Made by a program: the position numbers and the translations under genes. Shown in pieces: positions 13,488-26,187 of a DNA stretch of 64,000 bases (positions within the stretch are counted from its first letter, which is position 1; each line of letters opens with the position of its first letter). Below the pieces are notes generated by a model. It ran no database searches. It saw nothing but the letters and a program-made list of their open reading frames with translations, and was not told the origin of the DNA. The stretch covers positions 117,118,001-117,182,000 of the forward strand of contig NC_086106.1 in NCBI RefSeq assembly GCF_963921235.1, written 5' to 3'. Source of the DNA: Mobula hypostoma (Eukaryota).

Positions 13488-13719
13488 CCACAATTGAGAA
13501 AATCTGCAGATGCTGGAAATCTGAGCAACACATATGAAAATGCTGGAGGAACTCAGCATGTCAGGCAGCATCTATGGGGGAAAAAATACAATTGAGATTT
13601 CAGGCCGAAAACCTCGGGCAGGACTGGCAAAGAGTTTTGGCCTGAAACATCGACTGTTTACTCTTTTCCCTAGATGCTGCCTGGCCTGCTGAGTTCCGCC
13701 AGCATTTTGTGTGTGTTGC
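13488..13719. mobile_element. Palindromic pair of Penelope-like 3' ends (older subfamily, degenerate hammerheads)
   Basis: Inverted arm with a 36-nt tail plus a forward arm ending near GTGTTGCT; flanked by TTAATCTATACTT at 13475-13487 and 13720-13732. Confidence 0.8.
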
Positions 13720-14429
13720 TTAATCTATACTTGTAGCTGAATCTCCAGCTACTTTAGATTTGCTCTATAATACTGTCACAATGTTGTAAGTATTTGCTGT
13801 TTCAACTAAAAAAACATTTTAGGAGAGACTTTGCTATGTTTAACTGAGCATGATGGTAACTTGGTTAACTATTTTATACTACCAAATAGTAACTTTAGTA
13901 ACTGTGTCACCACAGGTAGCCTGTGATCTACTGATTATCCTGAAGGGGAACAGGGGCTTCAGATCATCTGTTGTAATATGGACTGCGGGATCCTTGGTTT
14001 GTTTTTTTTTCCAGCGATACACTTTAACAGGCCCTTCCAGCCTACCAAGCTGCATGCCCGGCAACCCACTGACTTAACTCTAGTCCAATCACAGGGCAGT
14101 TTACAATGACAGATTAGCCTACTAACTGGTGCGGCTTTGGACTGTGGGAGGAAACACACATATGGGAAGGATGTACAAACTCTCTTACAGTAGACTCTGG
14201 AATTGAACTCCAAACTCCGACGCGCCAGGCTGTGATAGTGTGGTGCCAACTGCTATGCTGCCAGGCACCCGCGTTTTGGCCATTGAAAGAACTAGTTACT
14301 CGTAAATTGAAAGGAATGATGGATATCTGATTTGAGTAATCTGTTCCAGAATTGAAAGATATTTCATAAGTTGCAGTAACAAACTGTGTTATGGGCATGT
14401 AATTGATTATAATTCTCCTTTCCAATTAG

Positions 14430-14536
14430 GTGGTGATTCGCCGTTTACCTCCTAGTTTGACAAAAGAACAGTTGGAGGAACAGCTCGCCCCGTTACCTGA
14501 ACATGATTACTTCGAGTTTTTTTCTACCAACTCGAG
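14430..14536 (+). CDS. UPF3B: UPF3B exon 2 (start of RRM-like domain)
   Basis: AG|VVIRRLPPSLTKEQLEEQLAPLPEHDYFEFFSTNS|GT; 107 nt. Confidence 0.96.
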
Positions 14537-15149
14537 GTGAATGTTAATATAACAGAATTGTATGAACTGTTTTTGAAATAGACCAAGCTTTCCTTTCCAC
14601 GTTAAAAGTTAGAGCTTGTTCTCAAAAGTCTTGTAGATCTGTAGATTTGATGTGCTGTGGTAATGAGGGCTAGGAATGCTGTCAGTCACTTTATGTATAA
14701 GCTGTCATGTACCTAGCATCACTTTATGGACATACAGTCAATCTATGTATATAAGCTATCCTATGTATTTATTAGTATTGTGTTCTTTATCTTATGTTTT
14801 TTTGAGTTGCATCACATCCAGAGTAGAAAAAATTGTTTCCCTTTACACTTGTGTACTGGAAATGACATTAAACATTCTTGAATCTTGACATGTTCACCTG
14901 ACGCGTTAACTCTGTTTCCCTTTCTGTAGATGTATTGGTTCACATACTGTTCTTGGAGATCAGTTCACTACAACAGTGCATTGAGGTAGTACAAAATAGA
15001 ACGATAACAATGCAGAATAAAGTGTTACAGCTACAGAGAAAGTGCAGTGCAAGTAGACAAGGTGCAAGGTAAACTAAGGTCAAGAATACATCTTATTAAT
15101 CTAGGAAACCGCTCAATAAGCTTATGACAGCGGGACAGAAGTTGTCCTT

Positions 15150-15560
15150 AACCATAGACATAGAGCAAAATTAGGCCATTCGGCTCATCGAGTCTGCTGT
15201 GCCATTCCATCGTGGCTCCTACGCACCCCCCCCCCTTTCTGCCTCCTGCCTTCTCCCCATAACCTTTGGTGCCCTGACTATGAACCTCTGCTTTAAATAT
15301 ACCCAGTGACTTGGTCTCAGCAGCCATCTGTGGTAGTGAATTCCACATATTTGCCACTCTCTACTAAAGAATTCCTCCTCAGCTCTGTTCTGAATGAATG
15401 TCCCTCTATTCTGAGGCTGTGACCTCTGGTCATAGACTCTTTCTGCCCCCATTATAGGAAGCATCGTCTCCAGGCCTGTCAATGAGATGCCCCCCTTAGT
15501 CTCCAAACCAGTGAGTACAGACCCAAAGCCTTGAAACGCTCCTTGTATGTTAACCCTTTA
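15150..15560 (-). mobile_element. CR1 3' end
   Basis: NMWNSLPQMAAETKSLGIFKAE plus a CR1-type 3' UTR. Confidence 0.75.
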
Positions 15561-16794
15561 TTTGCAGAGACTGGTAGTACATGCTTTCAGCTCATTTTTC
15601 TGCTTATTGGGGAGGAGGACAGAAAGAATATCTGGGTTGGGTGGCCCTTTGATTATACTAGTTGTTGAGACAGTGAAGTGTAGACAGTCTATAAAGGGGA
15701 GGCAGGTTTCTGTGATGTGCTGTACTGCGTCCACAACTCTGCAGTATTTTTGTCACCAGCAAGGCAGTTGTCGTATCCCAACATGCTAAGTTTCTCAAGC
15801 AGTTTCTGTTTTTATTTTAGATTTTCAGCACCTATGTTTATTCCCTCATGACTACTTGTGATATTGGTCAAGTGGTGCTACATTAATTGTTTGATGACTC
15901 AGTTTAATTCTACATCAGTTAGATATAAGCCTGTCAGACTGCAGAGCAATTTTGGGATCCCACTGGTATAATTAACAGCATAATTGAAACAAATTGTGTT
16001 TTAAGTATAGAATGAAATCTTCCAGATTACTGTATTCTTGTCAGGCTGATCCCAATGGCAATCTTAAGTGAAGATCTCTGGACAGCAAAGATCTTGCTGA
16101 TAATTCATCTATTACTGACTGAGAATGATTTTTTTTTGGCCCTCTCATTGTAGCACTTCTCAATTTAAATAGAAATGCAGAACTTTGTGACAATAATCAG
16201 CTTGATTTATGATCAGCCATTGAGGCAGTTTTGACTATTTCCATGACTAATTTAGCCAAATGCACTCTTTCATGCAATGTATTATGAGTTGTTTGTTGAT
16301 CTCATGGGGAAAGTCCAGCAAATTCCATTTTTTTTTAAAGATTGAAACTTGTATCGGTGTGAATAAGTCTCAGCATTTTGTTTCTCAGTTGGAGTTGAAT
16401 TTATGATTAGTGGATGTATAAAATATGACTGGTGGTGGTGAGAATTTTCTTGCTGTGTAGAACGTTGAAATCAAAAGCACAACAACATGAGCATAACAAC
16501 ATGAGAAGCAGATGTAAGCGTAGGCTGCTTAGCTCTTTTTGTGTTTGTCTTATCATTCAATAACTTTGTGTATCATTTTCCTGTACTGTCTCCATTTCCT
16601 CTGATTTACCTTCGAAATCCAAAACTCTGTTTTGTCTTTGACATGTTATTTGGCTAGTTGCCTTAGCTGAACCAATCAATTCCTCAACCTTGATCACTAA
16701 GAACAACAACTGTGGCAATAACAACAGTATTGTGGAAGGTTGGCTCTGAGATCCTTAAATTCAATATTCCTTCACTGTTGTTGAGACTGAGTTG

Positions 16795-17265
16795 CTTAAG
16801 TTACAAGGAGAGACTGATAGGGGGAGGCTGTTTTCTCTGGAGCATACAGGGCTGAGGGAATATCTTGTAGAGATAGATAAAATCATGAGAGGCCTAAATA
16901 AGGTAAATGGCCATATTGCCCAGGATAGAAGAGTGTAAAACGAGAGGGCATAGGTTTAAGGTGAGAGGTGAAAGATTTAGTGAGGACTCGAGGGACAAAT
17001 CTTCCCATAGACCAGGATTTCCCAACCTGGGGTCCATGGACCCTTTGGTTAATGATGGGGGTCTATGGCATGAACAAGTTTGAGAACCCTGCCTTAGAGG
17101 ATGGTTGGTGTATGGTATGAGCTGCTAGAGAAAATGGTAGAAGTGGGTATAATTTCCACAGGTAGATGGATAGAAATGTTTGGGGAATATGGGACTAGCT
17201 CAGGTAGGCAACTTGGTCATCAAATTGTTCCCCAAGGGCCTGTTTCATGCTATATAACTTTATAT
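16795..17265 (+). mobile_element. Decayed CR1 3' end
   Basis: RGHRFKVRG-type remnants. Confidence 0.65.
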
Positions 17266-18737
17266 CCTTGGTAACGATTTTCACAATTTGCTACATTATG
17301 ACTAAAGATGTTTCCTCTCATCAATCACCTTTTTTGTATTGAGGATCTGACCCTGGGTTCTAGACCCCACTGATGTGGGAAGCATCTAGCCTTTTAAGCC
17401 CAACTAGAATGTTCTACCTTTTCAATGAGATTACCTCTCACTTCTGAACTTTAATAATACGGATGTAGTCTGCTTAATCTCTTTGTACTTCAGCTCTTCT
17501 CCTTGGATATCACTGGTGAACTTGCACTATATATCTTCTATCATTGGTGTATAGTTGGTAGAGGAACCAGAGCTATTGGTAAATTGGTTTATTACTGTCA
17601 CACGTACCAGGGTACAGTGAAAACTTATTTTGCATGCTGTCCATATGAATCAATTGGATTACAATGTGTTAACATAGTACAAGGGGAAAGCAATAAAAGA
17701 GCAAAATAAAATGCAGTGCAGGTAAAAAGATATAATTGTACTGGGGAACCATTTAATAGTTTTAAAGACAGGCTTTCAGGCTTTTGTATCTTCTGCCCAA
17801 TGGGAGGCAGGAAGAAACGAGGGTGTCCAGGGTGCCTGGGATCTTTAGTCATATTGTCTACTTTACCAAGGCGGTGAGAAATGTAGACAGTCCATAGAGA
17901 ACAATACTCTGCCCAATATTAGGAGATTTGGTCTCACCAGGCCCTGTATAATGAGAGTAGTGTATATATCTGCTCTATACTCAAATCCCCTACAATAAAG
18001 GCCAGCATAAAGAATATATAACATTACAGCACAGTGCCAGTCTTTTGGCCCACAATGTTGTACCAACTTACTACAAGGTCAATCTAACTTCCCTTCCCTC
18101 CTAGCCCTCTTTTTCTTTAATTCATGCCTATCTAAGAGTCTCTTAAATGTTCTGAGTGTATCTACCCCTCCCAGCAGCCCTGGTTGCACATTCCACACAC
18201 CGACTACTCTGTTTTTAAGAAAGGAAAAACAACTATCTCTGACATCCTTCCCCATACTTTCATCCAAACACCTCATCCAAAATGTCTCTGGTTCACCACT
18301 CTATCTATGCCTCTTATCAAGTCACCTCTCATCCTTCTTTCCATATCATTTTACTTTCATGTTCAGTGATTTGTGTACAAGAAGTTCCTTCTAAATATTG
18401 ACACTTTTCAATCTGTTGCAATTTAAAAATAATATTGCACCTAATTTTTTTCCTTCTGGTAAAGTGGATGATTTTGCAATTTTCCACATTATAATTCATC
18501 AGGCCTTTCAGTTAAACTGTCTCTAATCCCACGAAGCCTCTGTTCATCTTCCTCAGAACCCACAGTCCTGTAGCTTTGTATTATCAGCAAGGTTGGGTAT
18601 ACTGCAGTTAATCCAAATCTTTGATATTAAATGAAATGCTAGGTCATAAGTGCTGTCCAGTCATTTCTATAAAACAATTGAGCTAAAAAGTACCCTTTTC
18701 AAGCTGTTTCTTACACAAAATCTCTTTCTCTCTACAG

Positions 18738-18844
18738 TTTGTTTCCCCACATATTTTCTAGAGCATACATAAACTTCAAAAACCAAGAAGATATTGTGCT
18801 CTTCAGGGATCAATTTGATGGTTATGTTTTTATTGACAGCAAAG
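18738..18844 (+). CDS. UPF3B: UPF3B exon 3
   Basis: AG|LFPHIFSRAYINFKNQEDIVLFRDQFDGYVFIDSK|GT; 107 nt; phase consistent. Confidence 0.96.
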
Positions 18845-18934
18845 GTATGGTACTTTTAACTATTGTTAACAACATTTCAATTGTTTTGCACAATTTGCAT
18901 CTGTTAAATCACCTCATTTGTATCCTCAAAAGTA

Positions 18935-21582
18935 CAGTGGATTCCAGTTAATTAGAACACATTAGAACCAGTACATTTTGGCCCAATTAAGCAGCTGACC
19001 CAGTTAACTTTTATGAAAATAGTTAAAAGGTTATAAAAAAGACAAACTACTGTTTGAGTAGCACATTATGTATTTAAATGAAACACAAAATAAATTAGAA
19101 CTCTACCAAAACTACTACGTTCCTATAAAACTATTAGTTCCCTATAGTTATCAATGGAGGAATTCATTCAATGTATGCTGTGTTCTTTTGACTGTAAATT
19201 AACAATATCAACACAGACACCCCACTAAACTCAGTTCTCCCAAACAGTGCCACCAAACTCATAGTTCCCTTACCCTACACTGCTCGCTTCTACCTCCTCC
19301 CAAGATCCACAAACCAGACTGTCCGAGTAGGCCGATTGTCTCTGCCTGCTCCTGCCCCACTGAAATTGTGATACCTTGAGTCCATTCTATCCCCCTCGGT
19401 TCAGTCCCTTCCCACCTACATCCTCAACACTTCTCATGCTCTTGATCTCCTCAGTAACTTCCAATTCCCTGGTCCTGACTGCTGCATTTTCACCATAGAC
19501 GCTCAGTCTCTATACACTTTTATGTGCCATCAAGAAGACTTCAAAGCTCTCCACCCCTTTTTGACAAAAGAACGAACCTGTTCCCCTCTGCCACCATCCT
19601 GCTCAGTCTGGCAGAACTGGTTCTCACACTCAACTATTTTTTCCTTCAGCTCCTCCCACTTTCTCCAAACTGGAGTGGTGGTCATGGGTAGCACCCGCAT
19701 GGGCCATGCTATGCTTGCCTCTTTGTTGGCTACGTAAAACAGTCCATGTTTGAAGCCTTCTCCTCCATCTCTTCCTCCACTTCATTGGTGCTGCTTCATG
19801 CACCCATGCTGAGCTAGTCAATGTTACCAACTTTGCCTCTAATTCCCACCCTGCCCTTAAATTCACGTGGTCCATCTCTGACACCTCCCTCCCTTTTCTC
19901 CATCTCTGGAGAGAAGCTGTCAACTGACATCTGTAATAAACCTACTGATTCCCAGGGTTATCTTGATTATATCTCTTCCCACCCTATCTCCAGTAAAAAT
20001 CCTATTCCCTTTTCTCAGTTTCTTCCTCCACTGCATCTATTCCCAGGGTGAGGCTTTCTATTTTAAGACATGTCCTCCTCCTTTAAAGAATGTCCCTCCA
20101 CCATAGATGCTGCCCTCACCTGTTTCTCCTCCATTTCCTAAACATCTGTGCTCGCCCCATCTTCCCACCACCTTAACAGTGATAGAGTTCCTCTTGTTCT
20201 TATCTACCACCCCATCAGCCTCTGCATCCAAAACATCATCCTCCCCATCTTTTGCTATTTCCAAAGGGATCCGATCATTAAACATATCTTTACTTTCCAC
20301 CCACCCCTGCAGCATTCTACAGGGATTGCTTCCTCTAGGATTCCCTTGTCCATCCATCCCTCCCCACTAATCTCCCTTCTAGCGCTTATAGCTGCAAGCA
20401 GCCAAAGTGCTATACTTGGCCATACACCACCGCCCTCACCTCCATTCAGGGCCCCAAACAGTTGCTTCAGGTGAGGCTACACTTCACCTGTGAATCTGCT
20501 GGGTTTATCTATTGTGTCGGTGCAGCCTCCTCTACATTGGTGAGACTCATCTTAAATTGAGGGACTGCTTCGTCAAGCACCTCTGCTCTATCCATCACAA
20601 GCAAACTTCCTGGTAGCCAAACATGTTAATTCTGATTCCCATTCCTACAGGTAGGTCCATGGCCACTTCTTGTGCCTAGATGAGGCCACTGTCAGGGTGG
20701 AAAAGTAACACCTTGTATTCTGTCTGGGTAGTCTCCAACTTGATGGCATGAATATTAAAAAAAAAAATTCCCCCTTGACCTTTTACCTCTTCTCATTTGC
20801 CTATCACTTTCCCCTGAGTCCCCTCCCCCCGTGATCCACTGTCCTCTCCTATCAGATTCCTCCTCCACCCCTTGACCTTTCCCACCTAACTGGCTTCACC
20901 TTCCAGCTATCCTCCATCTCTTCTTTCCCCCCCCCCCACCCCACACCTTTTCATTCTGCTGTCTTCCTCCTTCCAAGTCCTGAAGAAGGGTGTCGGCCTG
21001 AAACATTGATTGCTTATTCATTTCCATAGATGCTGCCTGACTTGTTGAGTTTCTCCAGCATTTTGTGTGTGTTACCTAGTGCAGAGAGTGGACTGCCTTC
21101 AAATGGTGCTTTTGACAATTGCATCCTCCAAATCTTTGATTTAATTGTAACATTTAAGATGATTGTCAATACCTCCAAATTCTAACTCGTTGAAGTGGTG
21201 AAATTATTTCCTTTTCACTCCTGACTTTCTATCATCTCCAAGCCTGAATACTTGAAACCACAATGTGCAAAATAGTTCTGAGTTATCTTACAATTTATTA
21301 CTCGCCAGCTATCAGTAACAAAAATCACATTTTAACATAAACATGGCAAGTGATGATATTTAAACACTGTTCGCCCTAAACACAGTGTGGTATCTAACAG
21401 CCACATGGTGTGCGGGAGGCTGAAGCTAGGTTACAGTTGCCTGCTCTAATTAAGCAGCATACCATCCCAAATAAATGAAGGGAGTCCTGCTATTTTTCTG
21501 GACTTGTTTTTGTTCTTTAAGAGTTGTCCCAAATAAGCGGCTGCCTTGATTAACTGATGGCCGAATTAACTGGAATCCACTG
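18935..21582. mobile_element. Non-autonomous Tc1/mariner-pogo (Tigger-like) DNA transposon interrupted by the Penelope-like element
   Basis: Terminal inverted repeats CAGTGGATTCCAGTTAATT and AATTAACTGGAATCCACTG; left flank TA, right flank TG. Confidence 0.78.
19222..21073 (+). mobile_element. Decayed Penelope-like element (RT and GIY-YIG remnants, terminal hammerhead-like motif near 20976-21011)
   Basis: Frameshifted fragments resembling FYLLPKIHKP, GVxMGxRMG, KPTDSQGYLDYxSSHP and RVPLVLxYHP; ends CTGAAGAAGGGTGTCGGCCTGAAAC...GTGTGTGTT. Confidence 0.85.
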
Positions 21583-21615
21583 TGTGAATAGTAATTTCTT
21601 TTTTTTAACTTATAG

Positions 21616-22197
21616 TGGTGGTTGTGGCATCCGTTAGTCTCGCGAGACCATGGATCTGCGCCTGGAAGTTTCCAGGGCGCAGGCCTAGGCAAGGTTGTAT
21701 GGAAGACTGGCAGTTGCCCATGCAGCAAGTCTCCCCTCTCCACAACACCAATGTTGTCCAAGGGAAGGGCAAGAGCTGATACAGCTTGGCACCAGTGTCA
21801 TCACAGGAGTTGCCAGAACGAGGTTGAAGGCAACGTCGGACTGCCTTAGGGACTCCAGCTCCGGATTTGTCCTCGGGGTTTACTCCTGAAGCCTTTCCCA
21901 GGAGTGGGTATGGCCACAAGGCAGCAGAGGTTTGAAATCAGAGTTTTCTCTCTTAGATGGACTACCTTCCCAGGCTGATCAGCTCCATCTACCCGAAGCA
22001 CTGGTTTTAAGGCACCAGGAGCCGCCTTCGCCCCTTCTCCTGTCAGTAGAAACAGTTCCACCGGGCTTAGAGGCTAAGCCACATGAAAAGGCCAGGAGTT
22101 GGACTTGGTTGTCAGAGGCTATTTGAGGCGCATGCCATGAGGAACACTTAGGTAGTGGGAGCTTGTCCCCACAACCACTCAGCTTGACAACCTTGGA
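21616..22197 (-). mobile_element. Non-autonomous, probably RTE-related retroelement (related copy at about 22530-23090)
   Basis: Extensive homology between the two neighbouring copies; one terminus is shared with the SINE at 47729. Confidence 0.6.
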
Positions 22198-22268
22198 ATT
22201 ATAGTGTTGTTTAATAAATACTGGTATTTTTTACTTGCCCGCTCTTGGAATATGATGATATGTAGCAT

Positions 22269-22359
22269 GAGTTAGTCCTGACGAAGGGTCTCGGCCTGAA
22301 ACGTCGACTGCACCTCTTCCTACAGATGCTGCTTGGCCTGCTGCGTTCACCAGCAACTT
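22269..22359 (+). mobile_element. 91-bp Penelope-like 3' end with intact hammerhead motif (22274-22309)
   Basis: AGTCCTGACGAAGGGTCTCGGCCTGAAACGTCGACT; flanked by TGATATGTAGCAT at 22256-22268 and 22360-22372. Confidence 0.85.
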
Positions 22360-23187
22360 TGATATGTAGCATTATTTTGCCTAGGAAGGTTTCTCTTTGC
22401 AGTACCACCTGCAAAGGGAAGATGCTTTTCCATGAAAGGTTTGGTACTTTGGGTGTTCCGTTAGCAAAAGAGTGAGGAATATCAAATAAAATTACATTGT
22501 TTCTTTTCTATTTTTCTATGTACCTCTGTCTATGAGTGTTGAGACCTTCCTTTGGTCAGGGTCGACCATGGATATTAACATCTTCGCTGCCTTCTTGATA
22601 CACAAGCCAGAGCAGTACAATAATGAGAGCAGCTGTTGCCCGTGTAGCAGACTCCTCCTCTCTACACAGCTGATGAGTTGAAAGGAACGGCAGAGACCAA
22701 CCACGTCACGGGAGTTACCAGTCGGCATTGAACTCAACAAGGGACTCCAGCTCTGGATTTTTTGTTGGCGTTTACTCCTAAAGCCTGCCCTATCTGTGGG
22801 TTCAGTGGCAAGGCAGCAGACATTTGAGATCAGAGATTTTGTTCTCCTAGATGAGCTGCCAACCACAACTGAAGAGCCCCATCTGCCTGAAGTGACTGGT
22901 TTTAAGGCACCAGTGACCTGCCTTTTTTCCCCTTCTGTCAGCAGTGGTTTTGCTGGGCTTAGTAGTTAAGCCACACGTGAAGGCCAGGAGCTCGACTTGA
23001 TTGTCAGAGGCTATTTGAGACGAATGCCATTGGGAGCATTTAAAAGGTAGTGGGAATTTATCCCCATTACCACCCAGGCTATAACAACCTTAAAGAACTG
23101 GCTCTGGCTATGAATGTAGAACACATAGCGAAGCATAACTTCACTCTAAATAGAAGATATCCATCCAGACAGCCACAAAGTTGATTT

Positions 23188-23344
23188 TTGGATCTCTCCC
23201 TCCCCCTCCAACTTTCAAATCCCTTACTCACTCTTCCTTCAGTTAGTCCTGACGAAGGGTCTCGGCCTGAAATGTCGACTGCACCTCTTCCTACAGATGC
23301 TGCCTGGCCTGCTGCGTTCACCAGCAACTTTGATGTGTGTTGTG
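23188..23344 (+). mobile_element. Penelope-like 3' end with hammerhead motif (23245-23280; GAAATGTC variant)
   Basis: Near-identical to about 59590-59745; flanked by ACAAAGTTGATTT at 23175-23187 and 23345-23357. Confidence 0.85.
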
Positions 23345-23600
23345 ACAAAGTTGATTTAGTTGTTTTGAAAGGTAACCTTTGCTATTGAGCAGATTTGGTT
23401 CAAATGCCTGTCATGACTGTTCAAGATCAAATGAAAAATTAATTTTGGACAAATTGTTCCAGCCTCCATACTAATAGTTATGTTTCAGTTACCTTAAGTT
23501 CGTATTTGATTAAATTTTTAATCTGATCTCATTTTAATAGTTAAACCTTTTACTTGTATTCTATGTCTTGGCTTTCCATTTCTTCTTTTCCCGATAATAG

Positions 23601-23699
23601 GTCAGGAATACCCTGCGATTGTAGAATTTGCCCCATTTCAGAAAATTCCAAAAAAGAAAAGCAAGAAAAAGGATGCAAAAGCAGGAACTGTTGAAGATG
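23601..23699 (+). CDS. UPF3B: UPF3B exon 4
   Basis: AG|GQEYPAIVEFAPFQKIPKKKSKKKDAKAGTVED|GT; 99 nt. Confidence 0.96.
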
Positions 23700-24861
23700 G
23701 TACTGACAGTATACATTTTAGTGATGGTATGGAGTGTTTATCTTATTTATATAATATAAATGCTTGTAAACTGTTTTTATGTGATTGTTTTGTTTGTGTG
23801 CTTTGAATTTCAGGTAGATTTTTAAGGTGTAACTTGGGTATCCTGATTGTACCAACTTCAGATACAAGCATGTAAATTTTTGGGCTATGCCTGAAATGTT
23901 ATCACTGGCAGACATAAAGTATCCTGTGGCTCAATGCAAGCTCTTTCTAGTGTGTTAACCTTTTCTGCTTCATGATCCTCAGTCAATGCATTTTTAAAAA
24001 TATGTGCATTCTAGGCTGAACAAATTTATTGCAATGACAGATTAAATAGCAACCATATCTGTTGGTCTGGAGTTGCATGTGGTCCAGAACAGATAGGGAC
24101 ATTGATGGACCAGGTGTGTTAGAGTATCACTTAAGATAATTATTTGTTGCAATTACTGATTCAAATTCTAGTTTTTTTTTAATTCCCACCTGCTGTGGTG
24201 GGATTGAACTGGTGTTTTATGAATCATGAGCCAACCATCGATTAACTGTTCAGTAGTTAACCATTGCATTTTGACTACTCAGACTACACTGACCCCAGAG
24301 AGATAATCAGTTTTAGATTAAGCTCTAAATGCAATTTGATAGTGATGTGTACATGTGGCTGTTGCATTTCTTACATTACCAAAAGTGACAAATAACTGGC
24401 TCCTAAGTGCTTTGACACATTCTAAAAAGGATGTGAAAGGCTCTGTGGAAATGCAAGTGTTTCCTTATTTTTGGCTAGAAGATAGACTTTGGATTTATCT
24501 CAGAGCATGGGGTTTTATCAAGGAAATGAAGAATTCCAAATTGTGCCTTCAATCCATCATGATACTACTTTTGTGCTGTACTCATTTTTATTCCATTATC
24601 TTGGGGGAAATGATTTAAATGAAAGACAAATGTTGAAAAAACAATCCTTCACTGGTTTCAAGTTTGAAAAACGACAGATTTTAGTAGAAAATACTGGAAA
24701 CACTCAGAAGGCTATGAAAGAGTAAAACGGGATTGACATTTTGGGTTGGTGCTGCTTATTCTGTTGAAATAATTACTAAAGCTTCAACAGCATAGAAGTA
24801 TAGGCCTGGAATGTTAAATATTTTGCTCTTCAGAGATGTAACCTGTCCTTCCCAGTATTTT

Positions 24862-25073
24862 AGCAACACACATCAAAATGTTTGGATCTCCCCCTCCCCC
24901 TCCCACTTTCAAATCTCTTACTAGCTCTTCCTTCAGATAGTCCTGACGAAGGGTCTCGGCCCGAAACGTCAACTGTACCTCTTCCTACAGATACTGCCTG
25001 GTCTGCTGCGTTCACCAGCAACTTTGATGTGTGTTGCTTGAATTTCCAGCATCTGCAGAATTCCTCGTGTTTA
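24862..25073 (+). mobile_element. Penelope-like 3' end with hammerhead motif (24939-24974), 35-nt tail and short inverted arm
   Basis: Begins AGCAACACACATCAAA, the reverse complement of the element end; flanked by CCTTCCCAGTATTTT at 24847-24861 and 25074-25088. Confidence 0.85.
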
Positions 25074-26073
25074 CCTTCCCAGTATTTTGTTTTTTTTATT
25101 TCCAGCACCTGCTGTTTTGATTTTCAAATACTTTAGTGAAATGCTTTACATGGTATGAATTTGGTTAATGAATGCTTTGCTGTTTAACTTTGAGACAAAT
25201 GACCTAGCATGAACCACCGTAAATAAGTATGATTGTTGCTAGTTCTCATCCTGGGGTTCAATGATGCAGATATTTCTGTGGCTTGTTTTAATTGTCTTTC
25301 AGCCAAGCAATTTGTATTATGTATTTTGTTCACAACACTCTTAAGTATACTATAGTTGCTTGTGGACCAGTGTTGTTAGCAGTTGGAGAGGAATCTATTG
25401 AGGAAACAATTGCCTTTGATGAAGAAAGTGGCATTAAAATACAGACTTTGTTAGGAGATCAGGGAGTACCAATTCTTAAGACTTGGGTTTTCTAGTGAGG
25501 AGATCAGTGCTCCTTGTTGCTATCACCATATTGACTAAGTCTATTGAATAGATACAATTTTAAAGTGCATATATCAATTACGGGGGAAAAGATTTGTAGT
25601 GTGTTAGATTCAATTTTTTAAATTCCTGTTTATTTCACTGGCTTGGAGGTTAAAGCTCTTTCCCCTTCTGAAGTTCAGATTACAGGTTTGAATCCAACTC
25701 CAGTGTTCACAGGTACAAAGTTCAGGTTAACTCTTTGCTAGAATACTAAGTTTGTGTATTATAGGTCCGGTAAAAAATTAGTTTGAAGCCTCAGTATGTA
25801 GTACCTTGTAGTAATTGGCATTATTTTGTCCCTGATCCACTGTGGGAATAAGTGCCAAGTAAACACAATGTGCTGATCTGGAGATGAAAGTTCATATTTC
25901 CATGGCAGTTCTGAATGATCCTATCCTCCAAATAGTAAAAGTTTGTCGTGTTTCTGATAAGGGAAATAGAGCAGTTTTTCAAAAATAGAAGACCTTGACT
26001 TAATTGCTTCGATTTTGATTGCGTTTGCTTTGAAATTAGCTGAATTTCTGCTCACTCTTTTGTATTTTATCAG

Positions 26074-26187
26074 ATCCTGAATACAAAAAGTTTTTGGAGA
26101 GTTATAATAATATGGATGATGAGAAAAATTCAAACAATCCTGAAACACTTCTGGAGGAAATTGAAGCAAAAACAAAAGAACTGGCTG
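26074..26187 (+). CDS. UPF3B: UPF3B exon 5
   Basis: AG|DPEYKKFLESYNNMDDEKNSNNPETLLEEIEAKTKELA|GT; 114 nt. Confidence 0.95.

Noticed and set aside
23079-23388. Recurring ORFs such as QHTSKLLVNAAGQAAS and PSVSPDEGSRPETST (also near 22211, 24860, 57952 and 59470) as a small gene family
   Set aside because: They are incidental translations of the non-coding, ribozyme-bearing Penelope-like 3' end.
22274-25073. CRISPR-like or tandem array of 36-nt repeats
   Set aside because: Eukaryotic context, irregular kilobase spacing and a separate TSD for each copy indicate independent retrotransposition events.
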